A stretch of 64,000 nucleotides of DNA from Macrostomum lignano (lineage: Eukaryota): assembly GCA_002269645.1 (NCBI GenBank), contig NIVC01003831.1, positions 1 to 64,000 of the forward strand, written 5' to 3'. Below, in pieces: positions 20,301-34,568 of this stretch (positions are counted from its first letter, which is position 1; every line of letters begins with the position of its first letter). Made by a program: the position numbers and the translations under genes. The notes under the pieces are model-generated. The model was not told the origin of the DNA and did no database searches. It worked only from the letters and a program-made list of their open reading frames with translations.

Positions 20301-23300
20301 GGCGAAACAGTTGGGCCCTCTAATCGGTTGTCACAAAGGTTGGCTCTTTGCATACCGCGAAGCTGTGTTTTACCATAGACGAAACTCTGTCTGGGATAAC
20401 CCGTCAGGAAAAAAGACGCTTTGGGAATGGTATTTGGAAATAGGTTGGGTACTCGCCCGTGTCTATAGTTACCCACTTATGCCCGTACAATGATGAATTG
20501 TTCTGAACATGTGCATTTTATGCATAATTTTCCCAGCACAGTTGTCATTATTCTACACTTATTTCACGCTAATACAGTTATAAGCTGGGGTGGATAAATT
20601 ATAAAGATGGGAAAGCTGTCACGTGATAAAATGCGGGCATGGGGTAAAAGTACATGGCGAGCAACTGCGGAATAATAACCAAGACGAATTGCCATGTTGC
20701 CTGGTTGAAAGTAGATGTATAATGTACATGTCAAATGTCCAATACACATGCACGAGTCGTATATCGACTCACTATTTTGAGGTTGATCATTTTCACAGTT
20801 TTGGTCTTATTTTACATCGATGGCAGCGAGACCCAACTTCAAGTCAGCTACCGCCCAAGTTTTGCGGTCAATCAAACGTGCAAATTTGGTTAAGCATCTT
20901 TCGAAGACTTCGCCGAAGCCAATTATTGGGCCGATGCGGAGTGCATTGGGACGATTGAAACTTCTCTGCAGCTTTGCTTGCTTGCTTCTCCCATTTCTAA
21001 AAAGTACATTGAGAAGTATGTGAATTGACATTGGACAAAGAGCATTTTTCGTTAGAGGCAGGGGCTGTGTGCACCCTGGCAAACCTAAAGCGACATTGTC
21101 ACACAGCCGGCGAGAGGCATTACTGCCCATTCCGCCGACTCCCCTTAGCAGGCACACGAGCTCAAGGATACGTATGCAGTCGTACTCACAGGTGCACACT
21201 CACACAGGAGTGTACAGCGGCCCTAACTTTATTTATCGTTAAACATGTACACTTCACTGTGCCTTTGGGGTTGGCCCTCAAAAGCGTTAATTGCACGAGC
21301 AGAGCCAAGCCAAGATTCCAATTTAGCCTTAAATTAATGTGAATGCACTTGGAATCGAGCCTGGGCTGCTGCACTACGGCCCTGGACAAAGCGCATATAC
21401 TAAGAAGGCGAGATTGAACCAGTTCAATGTTCTAAAAAACCGAAAGCTAAGCTGAATATCTCACGAATGGATCTATGTTTATATAGATTATGCAATTCTT
21501 AGTCTAGAAGTACGAGCGTCATTTGTAGAATTCGAAGCCCTTATTTTTGCGGTGGAGACTGCCCATTCCGCTAGCCCCCGGTGGTCAAAGACAATTCCAT
21601 CGAAGTGGTGCCGCTCATGCAGGGGGACCCGTCGGTCTCGCCGAAATGGAAAAAAGTTCAGGTCCAAAACTTCTCAGGCAATGAGAATTTTTGGTCCTGT
21701 GAAAGCCTTACTGCATTTTGTCCTGGCTAACGATAGAAATTCCTTCAATTAGCTGTGAGTTTCCTTGTCTAGTTGAATTTTTCCTTTCTATTGTGCTCAC
21801 ATCGCGTACTGTTAAACAACCTGGCAATTAGATCTCAAGGTTTTGCAATCCAATTTTCCATTGTCTACGCTGAAATAAGAGCTTGAGTAGCAAAACTTAA
21901 GAGGAATTCGCTGACAGCTACCTTAATTAGCATTTTTCTAGGAATCCAAGGTAGATTAGCAACGCCCACACTACTTGAATAAATGAAAGCACAGTGCGTC
22001 AGCTATAGAATGTCTAGCAGAAAAACGGGTGAATGTGCGGACCTGCCAATCTACTTGCATACTTGATTGATTTAGCCCTAACTTGCCAAGACCTTCAGGC
22101 CTATTTTGGGAAATTCAAGTTCTGCTTAGTATAGATAGTTTTTTGCTGAATCATGTTTCAGTAGGCAGCCTATTCAAAATCTGCATTAGCCTACCATCCA
22201 TCACTTAGCGTGAAAGTCAGCTAAGCACAGTGGTACCTCCCTGCATGACCTCATCAAATATTCAGCGGCATATTCATCATTGTACATGCTTATTCATGCC
22301 GTAAATTTTATAAGTTAACAAAACTCTATGCAAATGTACGCCCAGATAAATACATACATACCGTTTGCAATAGCAGCAGTGCTCAGGTTGAAAATTCTAT
22401 CCCAGCAAAAGAATAGCTTGGATATGCCAACCGCCCTGTCAATTCCAGTTCCTGTCAATTCCAGAAATATTTTATACGAAACGCGAAACATCTGGTAAAT
22501 AAACTGGAAATTCCAGATATGTACTTTTAGCAAGATGTTCATGATATCAAGCTATTTTTCATGAACTGCAAGCAAGTTCCGGCAAAGTTTTAGTTGTTTC
22601 TGTCTCTGGGTCGTTCTCAAATTCTGGGAGGAGCAAAAATTTTAACAATTTTCGGAACATTTACTATTGTTACTGCCGTATTGAAAATAATAGGACACTT
22701 TCATCTGTGAATAAAGATAATTTTTAGGTTGAAATTTATGTTGCAAAAGTGTTTTAAGTTGTCTTGCGGTATTAGGCGATATTAGGTGATGAAAAAATTC
22801 AAATTCAATCACTTCACCGATGTCCTAATTTTTGACACTATGATGTCTGTAGCTAAAAAAAGTTGTTGTTGTGTTGAAAACTTGCTATATTACATTTAAA
22901 ATGAAAGCTTATATAAATTTAATTTAAGATTTTTTTTAAAGCTTAATAAACTGCACTATAAATGATTTTATAGACGCTTAACTGTACGCCTAGCATTTCC
23001 GGTGGGATAGCCTCTTCTCATTTCACAAAATGTATTTTTCAGCTGACGTCTAGAATGTGCGCTTAAAATGATACATTTTGATGCAGATAATTAGAAAAAC
23101 ATGTCTTATTATCTTTTTGTAAAAATTGTTATGAAATAGAGTACTATTGTTGATAAAAATAATTAAAAGCAACCATGCATCGCAATAAACTCCTACTTTG
23201 AAGCACAAAATAAATATCCTGTAACCACACTAGCATTCTCCATGGAGCACCTTTTGAGCTGAAAGTTTACACAGATATCGAGTAAAGTAAACTGAGCAAA

Positions 23301-26300
23301 TGATTTTTTTTGTTTTTGAAAATACTTCAATTTGGCTATGTATCAGTTAGTTCATTGGACATATTTATTATATTTTTATTAGAATCCTTGTAACCAAGCT
23401 ACAGAGAAACATGTGCAAAACTGGACCTTGAAATTTGACCTGAATGATCAGCAAATGTGTATCTCGAAATGATTTTTTTTTGTTTTCATCAAGTCATTCT
23501 ATGCTAATTTTTTCTGAAGGGAAAGATACCATATATTTAAAGTCAATAGGGAAGCATTTAGACTTATTCAATAGTCATTAAAATTGCAACTATATCATTA
23601 TAATATAGTAATAATATTATACATGTATTATATAGTAATCTTAACTTCTAAGATGCCCTTATAAATTTAAGTAAAGACAACAGGCCTTAATTAATTAATC
23701 AGCATTTTGAAGAAACTGACCTTATACAGATGGGCCCCAAGCTAAGAAATGAATGTAGAGCATATTTCGTGTAAGGTATAAAAATCAATTTATTATAATA
23801 ATAAATACTCCTAATAAATTGGTTAAATTAGTTATTTACCTTGAATTAATTTAATTTAATAATTAAATATATAAATTTGTTTCACTTCTTACTGCATTTA
23901 AATAGAGTACCTCTCTACTATACTATAAAAGTATAGTAAAAGTATATGGTAAAAAAGTATAGTAAAAAATTTTCTTTGGTTTAATCCCAGCTTGCCTCAG
24001 TTTTTTAGTCTTAATACGAGCTAGATAGTAAGTGTTGATTAATTTGCTCCATCACCTTTTGCCACGGAAACAGCACATGTCGGACATGCAACACTCTTCC
24101 TGATCCCTGGATTCAAGATGACTGCTTCTGCTTCTTCAATGCTTGAAAACTGAGCTCATGGAGCTTTAGGTTATGCTGTCAGAGTGCTGCTGCCGGTGCT
24201 GTGTGTGTATGTGTGTGTCTTCTGCGGGTAGGTTCCCTGTCCCTCAGTTTAGCCACTGTTGTGGGCTAACTGGAGGAATTGCCGTTGTCGGTGCTGCAGG
24301 TGGCACTGCATGGTAGTATTGACGCTGTCAGTGACGCTGGCAAAGGCTTGGACGAAGCTAGGTGCCGTCATTGTCAGGAGGACATGCGTGTGCTGCTTAG
24401 ACCAGTGCGCACATTCGACTGGACTCGTATCTGGTGCAGTCTGGTGTATTCACTGAGATTGTGTGGATCTGCCTCCTCGCATCACCTCAACCAGGCTCAA
24501 TTTCTTTTGTAGAATTTTCGTGCGCTGCTTAACTGCATCTTGTGCCTGCTGAGTGATGCCAAGAATTGTGCCACACAATAATTTGGCCCATAAACTACTC
24601 GTATATTATACATATGTATGCACAGCACACACACACGCAGTTCATTCACATTAAACGTACTAGTTAATGGAATTCTCATCTCATGAGCTCTAGTCTATGG
24701 ACAAACCTGAAATTACTAGAATATCTAGACAGATCTAAACTTCTTTGAGCAGCGCGCTGCGCTGCGAGCAAATACATGTAGATTCCTTAGCGCAACTAAT
24801 TAATAGTGTAGTACAGTCTACAGCCTGAAGTAGCCTGTGTAAGATGCGGAGGGATGATTTTTGCATAGGAAGCCACTACGGTAAGGTTGATGGAACTATG
24901 GGGAGGTGAGAGATTCAAAGCGAGGGACGGAAGCCATGCATAGTTCGATCATAAGTTTGATTATTGCATGAGTCTGGGGATGCATTAACGAGAGGCAGAC
25001 GAGAGCATAGAAATAAAGCGGGCTAAATATATTAATACACAAAATTACATGTACTAGCTAGTAATTTCAGAATGGTCAGCGACTCCTCCGATTTGTATCC
25101 GCGACCGCGTGCCCACAAATCCCCCGGCAGACCCTGTCGCAGTTGGTGGTTGTGCACAGAATACAATGTTAATTTTCGAGCTTCTCTGCAAAAAATGCGT
25201 GATGCACTCAAGATGTGTGCTATAGTCTACTTCTTTGATTGATGGCTGGGTTTTGCCTTTTCGCTTGTGATCATCAAAAGCTTGGGCGTCATTGCTACTG
25301 GTGTTTCAGTGTGCGCATTATGTCTGGTTATCATATTATGTGCATGTGCAGTGTCTTTTACCTACATTTTTGTTTGTCTCTGTTTCCTGCATGCTCTTTC
25401 GCATTTTTACACCTCGCACATCCTCATTTTTCTCAATTAACAAGTGAAATCTTTTCTTAAAGACTAATTGCTATTTTAGTTAAGCTAGTAGGTTTTTGGT
25501 ATTTAAATAATTCAATTTTGTCTATTTTCCAAAAAGTTTCAAAAAATGAATTAATTAAAATAAATTTGAATTATTTTAGGTTAATTGGAGTAAAATGTCT
25601 AATAAGTAACTATGATTTTTTATTTTAAGTACATGTAGCTTTGGTATAAGTATTAATGTAATGAGTACTTAAAGTAAAATCAAGCAAGTTATAGTTTTCA
25701 GAAATTATGCTACAAATAATCAAATATATACTAGTATCTGAATTCCTTTATTAAGGAACATGCAGTCGATATTAAATCCACAATGTGCTTTTTGGTGTTC
25801 CCTGACTTTTTCTATTATTAGTTAGATTTTATTATATTTAAAGTAAAAATGAACAATTCTATTCAAGGTAAAAATGAACATTCTTTATTTGTCGAATCAT
25901 CTTGCCTTTGAAAAGATACATAGTGAAAACTTGATTTTTAATTCAACCTTTCAAGACTTATTTAGACTTCTCAATTCAGTGATTAGTTAAACTGATCGAA
26001 GTTCTTTCGAGTGCATGCTATAATAATTTCGCACTTTTTCGCACACGATAATTTTAAATGTCTGGGATTTGGAGCAGAGTAACAAAATGCTGTGCTCAAA
26101 AACATTTCCTTTGTCAATTTCTTGTTCTTTTATTTTTGCAAAAGAAATTTAACTGCATATTTAAAATAAAAATGGAAGAAAATTTTATTTTCTCTTTAAT
26201 ATTTTTGTCGTTTATTTTCCGCAACAAAGAATAACAAATAGCCTTGATTTCTTCTCAATTTCAAGTTTTCTTGTGGTTTTAGTAGCAGCTTCTTACAGAA

Positions 26301-27229
26301 ATTGTCAAAAGAATTTTTTTTGTACGATTATTGGTCGATGTATAAACTTTTTTTGCAATAACAAAAAGCTGTGACCTAGCTTTGAGAACGACCCCTCTAG
26401 CGTGGAGAGTTTGTCAATGACCGATTTGTCTATGGCGAAACTCCATTTAGCGGTTTCGCTTGCGCTACTAATGTCGTCGGTGAACTTACACGCACACCAT
26501 GTACATATGCTTTGCTAAATTTCCTTATGTTGAACCGTGTTTTTAAACTATTGAGTTTTGCTCCCCTGTACTGTACCGACTACTGCCAGTAGACATGCAT
26601 TTTCTCTTATCTTTCCCATTCTTTCTCCCTCTCCCTTCCCAGCAATTATCCTTTGTCTACTATACCCTCGTTGTAATTAATTTTTATTTTATCTCTCTTT
26701 CATGCTTTTTTCCCTTTCTATTGGGATTCTAGCTATACCATGCAGTACACTTTTGACTCATAGATAATCAGATTTTTAAGGTTTTAGGCGGCCACCTGGC
26801 ATGCAGACCTGAGAGTATACAGGCGCCAGATGGTCTGGGAAAATTACGTGACAAGCACTTTTTCTCTTATTTTGCCAGGCCATCATCCATTACGGTATGA
26901 GATTGGTTGGCTATTATTTTGGATTTTTCCAAGCGTGAAGATATTTTGAAATAAGTATCAGGGACTACTCAAACAGTTTGAGTAGTCCTTGAGAAGTATA
27001 TTTGTTTCAATCCTAATCTTCTCACAGAATATCTCATTGCACTCTGCTTTTCATCCCCAATCAATGCAGTACCCACATGTTCATGTATATATTTTTGGAT
27101 ATTTATATTTTTGAACTTTGGCGTGGCTGAAATTCTTCAATCAATTGTACAGAAATGGGATGATTTATGATCGAACTGTCACTTTCTGAGGGTTCTCCGG
27201 GCCCTTTTTGACGATTTGTAGCAATAAGC

Positions 27230-27460
27230 CCAGCGAATCAGAGAATTCCACGTCCGTTTACACGAATCGGCTCAGCCAATCAGAATTGACGCGTTCCACT
27301 GTAACAAATAGAGGGCCAGTAATTGGTTTCTAATAAAATCGTCGATTTTTCCTGCTCAACCTGTTCGACAGAACTCAACCGGTTTGTGTGTGAAGACTGG
27401 TCTGGATGACATATGTTCAACCTCCCCTATAAATTGCGACATCTTTCACTATAAAGCGAG
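27230..27460 (+). promoter_or_regulatory. Candidate promoter (CCAAT box, TATA-like motifs), possibly for MTR
   Basis: AGCCAATCAG at 27274 and CTATAAA at 27427 and 27449, in a locally GC-richer patch about 1.5 kb upstream of the MTR ATG. Confidence 0.25.
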
Positions 27461-28988
27461 ATCCCATTAAGAGATATAATCAGAGTGAATAGAAACGTTG
27501 CATAATTCAGTGGATGCAAATATGTCTCATACACTGTGTACGTTATACAGCAACACAGTCACAACACTACTCACGCTGTTAGAAATTGAAATGGTTGTCA
27601 TCGACGCGGACTGTCCAAGAAAAGTTAGCACCTCGTTGTAATTTTCTTAACTGTTTCTTACGTAGGTGTTTTTGTGTTTTAACCTATTTTTTATTTTAGT
27701 TTAAAGCGCGTCTACTATACTTATACTTACTTTCTTTTGATACAGATGAGAGTTATTTATTTGTTAATACTGTTGCCCATATTAATTCTAGGAACTGTCG
27801 CCTATATATATGAGCCAGTAAGATGTTGTCTCCCACGTGGTTTGTTGTATGGTCGTACAATATCATAAGGCTTCATACATATATAAGTGGTCTTAACACC
27901 GTCTGTTTTTATTATTTTTCGAATTCCTAAATTAGAAGTACTCTCGCTCAGGACATTAGGTAAGCCAATTAACAGAATTTTTGTATGTTTCTTTTTTATT
28001 TATGAACTGACGAGTGACGACGATGTATTGTCTTGTTTGAAGTTTGGACTACAAAACTGATATCTTGTTCCATTCAACTTTATTTATTAGATCTTTTTGT
28101 TTTTTTCTAAATCGATTAACTAAACAGATTAGTGTATATTACATGTTGGGTTTCCCGGCAGATTTTTTTCTCCTTTAAACGGATAATTCAAGCAAAAAAT
28201 GAATTCCTGTTTCGGGATACATTCCTTAGGCCAGTGGGCCTAATCTGACGCCAGAGCAAATATCCCTTAAAAATATAAAAGACAATCATTCGTCTAAGTG
28301 TCATTGCAAAGCTAAGACATGTATAAAAAATAATAAAAATTTTAAAGCAAATGATTGAAGCATAGAGGCACTGTGATAAATCAAAGTTTTAATTAATCAG
28401 TAATCTTCAACCATAACCAAAAATTATCAAATTATCAAACCAAATATGTAGTTTAAAGGTTTTTAAAGTTTAAGCTTAAGAGCCAATAAGTGAGCCTTGT
28501 CTTTAAAAATCATATTAAACTGTTTCAGTTTAACTTATTATTGTACTGAAAGTAGTTGGCAGACAAATGTGCTGAGTCGCCTATCTAGTTATTCTAGTAT
28601 GTGTCCAAGACTATAGAAATTTCAATATTCTTGCATCCCTGGCCTTATGCCCTATCTTAAATAGTAATTATTCTTTATTTTTTAATTGACTAATTTATAA
28701 GTATGTTTATAAATGAATCCTAGGTAAGCCTATATTATCATTGATTTTATTTTTATCTTTAGTATTTGTTATTATAGCTTCATTCAACCAGTTTAAATTT
28801 AGTAGGCATGAAAATTAAAGTACTACTGCTTTTTATATCAAAACCATGTGTAATATAATCAAGGTTTTATTCAAGGTATTTTGTTAGTTACAACATTTTT
28901 AATTATAGAAATATACATAATAAATTTCTTTTTTTATTTTTGACTAAAAGCCAAATCATTTTAAATGATTTCAGGATTGAAAAAAATT

Positions 28989-31900
28989 ATGGGCAAAGTA
29001 TCAAAAATGCTAGAAGATGCCTTGCAAGAGCGCATCCTTATCATGGATGGTGCCATGGGCACCATGGTTCAGCAGCTACATCTTGAAGAGAATGATTTTC
29101 GTGGAGAAGAATTTGCCCAACATTCAAAGTCCCTAAAGGGCAACAATGATTTGCTGACTCTTGTCAAGCCAGATGCAGTTTATAACATTCACAAGGTATA
29201 ATTTCAATGTTATTTACTTATTGTATATACATTCAATGTAATGTTAACTATCTTAGAAACTTCCCTTTGAGCCATGGCACCTTAGCTTCCCCCTAAGCCA
29301 TGGCCCCTCAGCATCCCCCTTGAGCTGGGGCCCCTCAGCATCCCCCTTGAGCCGTGGCCCCCTCAGCCTTCCCTCTTGAGCCGTGGCCCCTCAGCATCCC
29401 CCTTGAGCTATGGCCCCTCAGCATCCTCCTTGAGCTATGGCCCTCAGCATCCCCCTTGAGCCATGGCACCTCAGCATCCCCCTTGAGCCATGGAACATCA
29501 ACATCATCCTTTAAGCTGTCACAACTGAATCGCTCCACCCACTTGGCAGCAATACCTGGCCGCCGGATCCGATATTATCGAGACCAACACATTCTCAGCT
29601 ACGTCGATCGCCCAGGCGGACTATGACCTTTCTCACCTGGCCTACCGCCTCAACGCCGAGGCCGCCCGCATCGCTAGGCGAGCCTGCGACGACATCGAAG
29701 CCGCCGACTTAGCCGCCGGTCTCCCGGCCCGGCCCCGCTTTGTAGCTGGCGCCCTGGGCCCGACCAACCGCACTCTGTCCATCTCGCCCTCAGTGGAGCG
29801 GCCAGACTACCGCAATATTACATTTGAACAGCTCGTTGAGGCCTACTCTGACCAGGTAATTTCGGGGGGTCAAGGTCAAAGTAGATGGTTGCGAAACTAC
29901 TTTACATTACCAAGAATGGAGATTTTTATTTTTTAGCACAAAATTTGCTGTTGCCATTGATAGCAAACAGACCTAATGCTCATCTTTATAGCTCTATTGA
30001 GATTCGCAAAGCTTTTTGTTCAGTAAATTAGGACCCTATGATAATGAACATGCGCAACCCCCTGATTCACACCGGCCGTGTGGATTACCTTTAAAAGCTA
30101 AAATTAACGTACTATGGGTAAACGAAAAGAGTAACTATGACTGTATTATTAAGGCTAAATGCCTCGTAGTCTATTAAGTACTAAAGCCTGTATTTTTTCG
30201 GGTAGGCATTTTGCGACTTTTTTTGGCTGGGACCCTCGCCAGCCGGCGGGATCATAATCGCATGTATGATAGTGAAAGCCTCCATTGTCAGTAGTGTATT
30301 GTTTCGGTAAAACCCTCCTACATGTAGAATTCTCCAAGAAACTTAGTAGCTTCCCGCTCTACTACTTTAACTAGTCCTTGGTTCGAAGCCTGTAAAACTT
30401 GTGCTAGGCAAGCATAAAATTCGCGTCTTTCTAGCAATAATTTAAACAAATGAAAAAACACCAAACAGACTCGCGGTCTGCTTGACGGAGGAGCCGATCT
30501 GCTCCTAGTAGAAACAATCTTCGACACCGCCAACGCCAAGGCGGCCATCTTTGCCATTGAGTCGCTATTCGACTCTGGCGCCTACGACCGTGTCCCCCTG
30601 CTTGTGTCCGGCACCATTGTGGACCGCAGCGGTCGGACACTGTCCGGCCAGACCACCGAGGCTTTCGTAGCCAGCGTCTCCCATGGCCGGCCGCTCTGCC
30701 TCGGCCTGAACTGCGCCCTCGGCGCCTCCGAGATGCGGCCCTTCATCGAGAGGCTGGGCCTGGCCACCCCGGCCTACGTGCTGTGCTACCCCAATGCCGG
30801 CCTGCCAAACACGTTCGGCGAATACGATGAGACCCCGGCTATGATGGCCGCCAATTTGGAGACCTTCGCCAAGGACGGCCTGGTCAATCTGGTTGGCGGC
30901 TGCTGCGGCACCACACCGGCTCACATCAGCGCCATCGCCAAGGCTGTGAGGCCGCACATGCCGCGAACTCGGCCAAATCCGCACCCCAATGCTCTGGTGT
31001 TGTCAGGCCTGGAGGCCAGCATTGTTACTAAGGAGACGAATTTTCTCAATATTGGCGAGCGCTGCAACGTGGCTGGCAGTAGGAAGTTTTGCCGCTTAAT
31101 TAAGACTAACGCGTTTGATGAGGCACTTAGTGTGGCTAAGGAGCAGGTGGAGAATGGAGCCCAGGTGAGACAGCTCAGTTTCCTTTGTTTCGTCATTTAT
31201 TGTGTTACTAGGGCTAATCTGTTAGTGTAAAATCCCTATTATGACATTAAAAATCGCCACTACACCCAGAATCCCCACTATACCACACCCAGAATCGCCC
31301 CCATACCACACCCAGAATCCCCACTATACAACACCCAGAATCCCCACTATACCACACCCAGAATCGCCCCCATACCACACCCAGAATCGCCCCCATACCA
31401 CACCCAGAATCGCCCCCATACCACACCCAGAATCGCCCCCATACCACATCGAGAATCGCCCCCATACCACATCGAGAATCGCCCCCATACCACACCCAGA
31501 ATCGCCCCCATACCACATCGAGAATCGCCCCCATACCACATCGAGAATCGCCCCCATACCACACCCAGAATCGCCCCCATACCACATCGAGAATCGCCCC
31601 CATACCACACCCAGAATCGCCCCCATACCACACCCAGAATCGCCCCCATACCACACCCAGAATCGCCCCCATACCACACCCAAACCCCATACAAAACAGG
31701 TGCTGGACGTAAACGTTGACGACGGCATGCTGGATGGGCCGGCCTGCATGACCCGCTTTCTCAACCTGATCTCCTCCGAGCCCGACGTCGCTGTGCTGCC
31801 TCTGTGCATTGATTCGTCAAATTTCGAGATTATCGAAGCCGGCCTCCGCTGCTGCCAGGGCAAATGCATCGTCAATAGCATCAGCCTGAAGGAAGGCGAA

Positions 31901-33835
31901 GACGATTTCTTGCGCAAAGCGTCGCTTGTTAAACGATACGGCGCCGCCGTTGTTGTCATGGCATTTGACGAGCAGGGCCAGGCAGCTGATCTGGATAGGA
32001 AGGTGGAGATCTGCCAGCGCTCGTATCGGTTGCTAACAGAGAAGGTGATGCTGAAATAGTGGATGTGACTCTGTGGCTCTAGTTAGCGTATAAGGACAAG
32101 TCTATGAGATCTGGAATCCTTTCAAGCGATATTGATGCTTGAGATGGTAGCTTAGGGTGGTTTCAGGTGGTAGCTTGCTTCATGGTAACTTTAGATATGT
32201 TTAGAATAGTTTTGATGGATTAAAAATGTTATTTTGAATAGACTTAAGGTGGTATTTTAGATCATTTTTGAATGGTATTTTAGGTAGTTTTTTAATTAGA
32301 TTAAGGTAGTTTTTTAGGTAGATTAAGGATCGTAAATTAGGTAGTTTTAGGACTTTTTTAGGTAGATTTAAGGTCGTAATTTAGGTACTCGTAGATTAAG
32401 GATGCTAGCTTCGGTAGATTTATTATGGTATTTTAGATGGATTTAGGATGCTAGTTTAGATAGATTTAGGATGCTAGTTTAGGTAGATTTAGGATGCTAG
32501 TTTAGATAGATTTAGGATGCTAGTTTAGGTAGATTTAGGATGCTAGTTTAGATAGATTTAGGATCATACATGCGCAACAGTCGGCCGAGTCGGCCGATTC
32601 GGCCGACCAATTTGGCGGCCAACCAAGGAAGTCGCAAAAATGCCATCCCAAAAAATTACCAAGTAGTAGTACTAAGTAGCTGACGAGGCATTTTGGCCTA
32701 ATAAGACAGTCATAGTTACTCCTGCTGTTTACCCAAAGTTGCGTTAATTTTCTTTAGGGTTTTTCACGTAAGTCGCATTTTTGACCAAAAACTACGTCGC
32801 ATTTTTGTTAAAACTAAGTCGCATGGCCGACCGAATTTCGGAGGTTGCGCATGTATGTTTAGGATGCTAGTTTAGATAGATTTAGGATGCTAGTTTATGT
32901 AGATTTAGGATGCTAGTTTAGGTAGATTTAGGATGCTAGTTTAGGTAGATTTAAGATGCTAGTTTAGGTAGATTTAGGATGCCAGTTAAGTTAGGTTTAG
33001 GATGCCAGTTTAGGTAGGTTTAGGATGGTATTTTAGGTAAATTTCAAGATTTCAGAATTCCGATATCACGTAGTTTTGGATCGGTGGGCAGTTTGTAGTC
33101 TATTGTTTGTGGGACTAATCGCATTCGGTAAGCTTATTAATAGTTGTCATAAACAATAATTAATGACCGGCTGCAGATCAAGTTCAATCCGAACGACATC
33201 ATCTTCGACCCGAACATCCTGACCATCGCCACCGGCATGGACGAGCACAACAATTACGCCATGGATTTCATCGGCGCCTGCCGGTTTATCAAATCCACCC
33301 TGCCGGGCGCCCGGGTCAGCGGCGGGGTCTCCAATCTCAGCTTCAGCTTCCGCGGCAAGGACAGCCTGAGGGAGGCCATGCACTCGGTGTTCCTGTACCA
33401 CGCCATCGCCGCAGGCATGGACATGGGCATCGTCAATGCCGGCTGTCTGCCGCTATACAGCGACATCCAGCCCGACCTGCTGGAGCTCTGCGAGGATCTC
33501 ATTCTCAATAGACGACCGGAAGCCACCGAGCGGATGCTGACGTACGCCCAGAGCCTCCAGGCTGGTTCGGGCGGCCGTCGGGACGAGGACCCCGCCGCCG
33601 AGGCCTGGCGCTCCGGCGACGTGGAGACCCGGCTGGAGCACGCGCTGGTGCACGGTATCGACCGGTTCGTGGTGCAGGACGTTGAAGAGGCCAGGCTCTG
33701 CACGGAGAAGTGAGTAGGACTGTTTCAGTGTCCGTATTTTCTGTCTGTCTATCTGTCTGTCTGTCTGTCTGTCTATCTGTCTGTCTGTCTGTCTTAGTGT
33801 CTGTCTGTCTATCTGTCTGTCTGTCTGTCTGTCTA

Positions 33836-33878
<43 letters not shown>

Positions 33879-33978
33879 TAGTGTCCTGTCTGTCTGTCTG
33901 TCTGTCTGCCTGCCTGGCTGTCTGTCTGTCTGTCTTAGTGTCTGTCTGTCTATCTGTCTGTCTGTCTGTCTGTCTTAG

Positions 33979-34067
<89 letters not shown>

Positions 34068-34185
34068 TAGTGTCCTGTCTGTCTGTCTATCTGTCTGTCT
34101 GGCTGTCTGTCTGTCTGTCTTAGTGTCTGTCTGTCTATCTTTCTGTCTGTCTGTCTGTCTTAGTGTCTGTCTGTCTGTCTTTCTA

Positions 34186-34248
<63 letters not shown>

Positions 34249-34299
34249 TAGTGTCTGTCTGTCTTAGTGTCTGTCTGTCTTAGTGTCTGTCTGTCTTAG

Positions 34300-34340
<41 letters not shown>

Positions 34341-34374
34341 GTCTGTCTGTCTTAGTGTCCTGTCTGTCTGTCTA

Positions 34375-34421
<47 letters not shown>

Positions 34422-34465
34422 TAGTGTCCTGTCTGTCTGTCTATCTGTCTGTCTGCCTGCCTGGC

Positions 34466-34514
<49 letters not shown>

Positions 34515-34533
34515 TAGTGTCTGTCTGTCTTAG

Positions 34534-34568
<35 letters not shown>

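Noticed and set aside
21295-21375. Imperfect hairpin as a pre-miRNA
   Set aside because: Only 8 contiguous pairs (GATTCCAA/TTGGAATC); flanking pairing is weak.
24050-24530. GC-richer coding-like patch
   Set aside because: All frames interrupted or uninformative; could be a TE relic or UTR, but unsupported.
31241-31699. Long ORFs through the intron-3 array appearing to extend MTR ([16 protein letters not shown]...)
   Set aside because: Translation of a 23-bp minisatellite; the real exon starts at the AG at 31699.
32680-32710. CTGACGAG as a hammerhead ribozyme core
   Set aside because: A possible stem II (GGC..GCC) is followed by TAAT rather than GAAA, and the other motif copies lack the stem.
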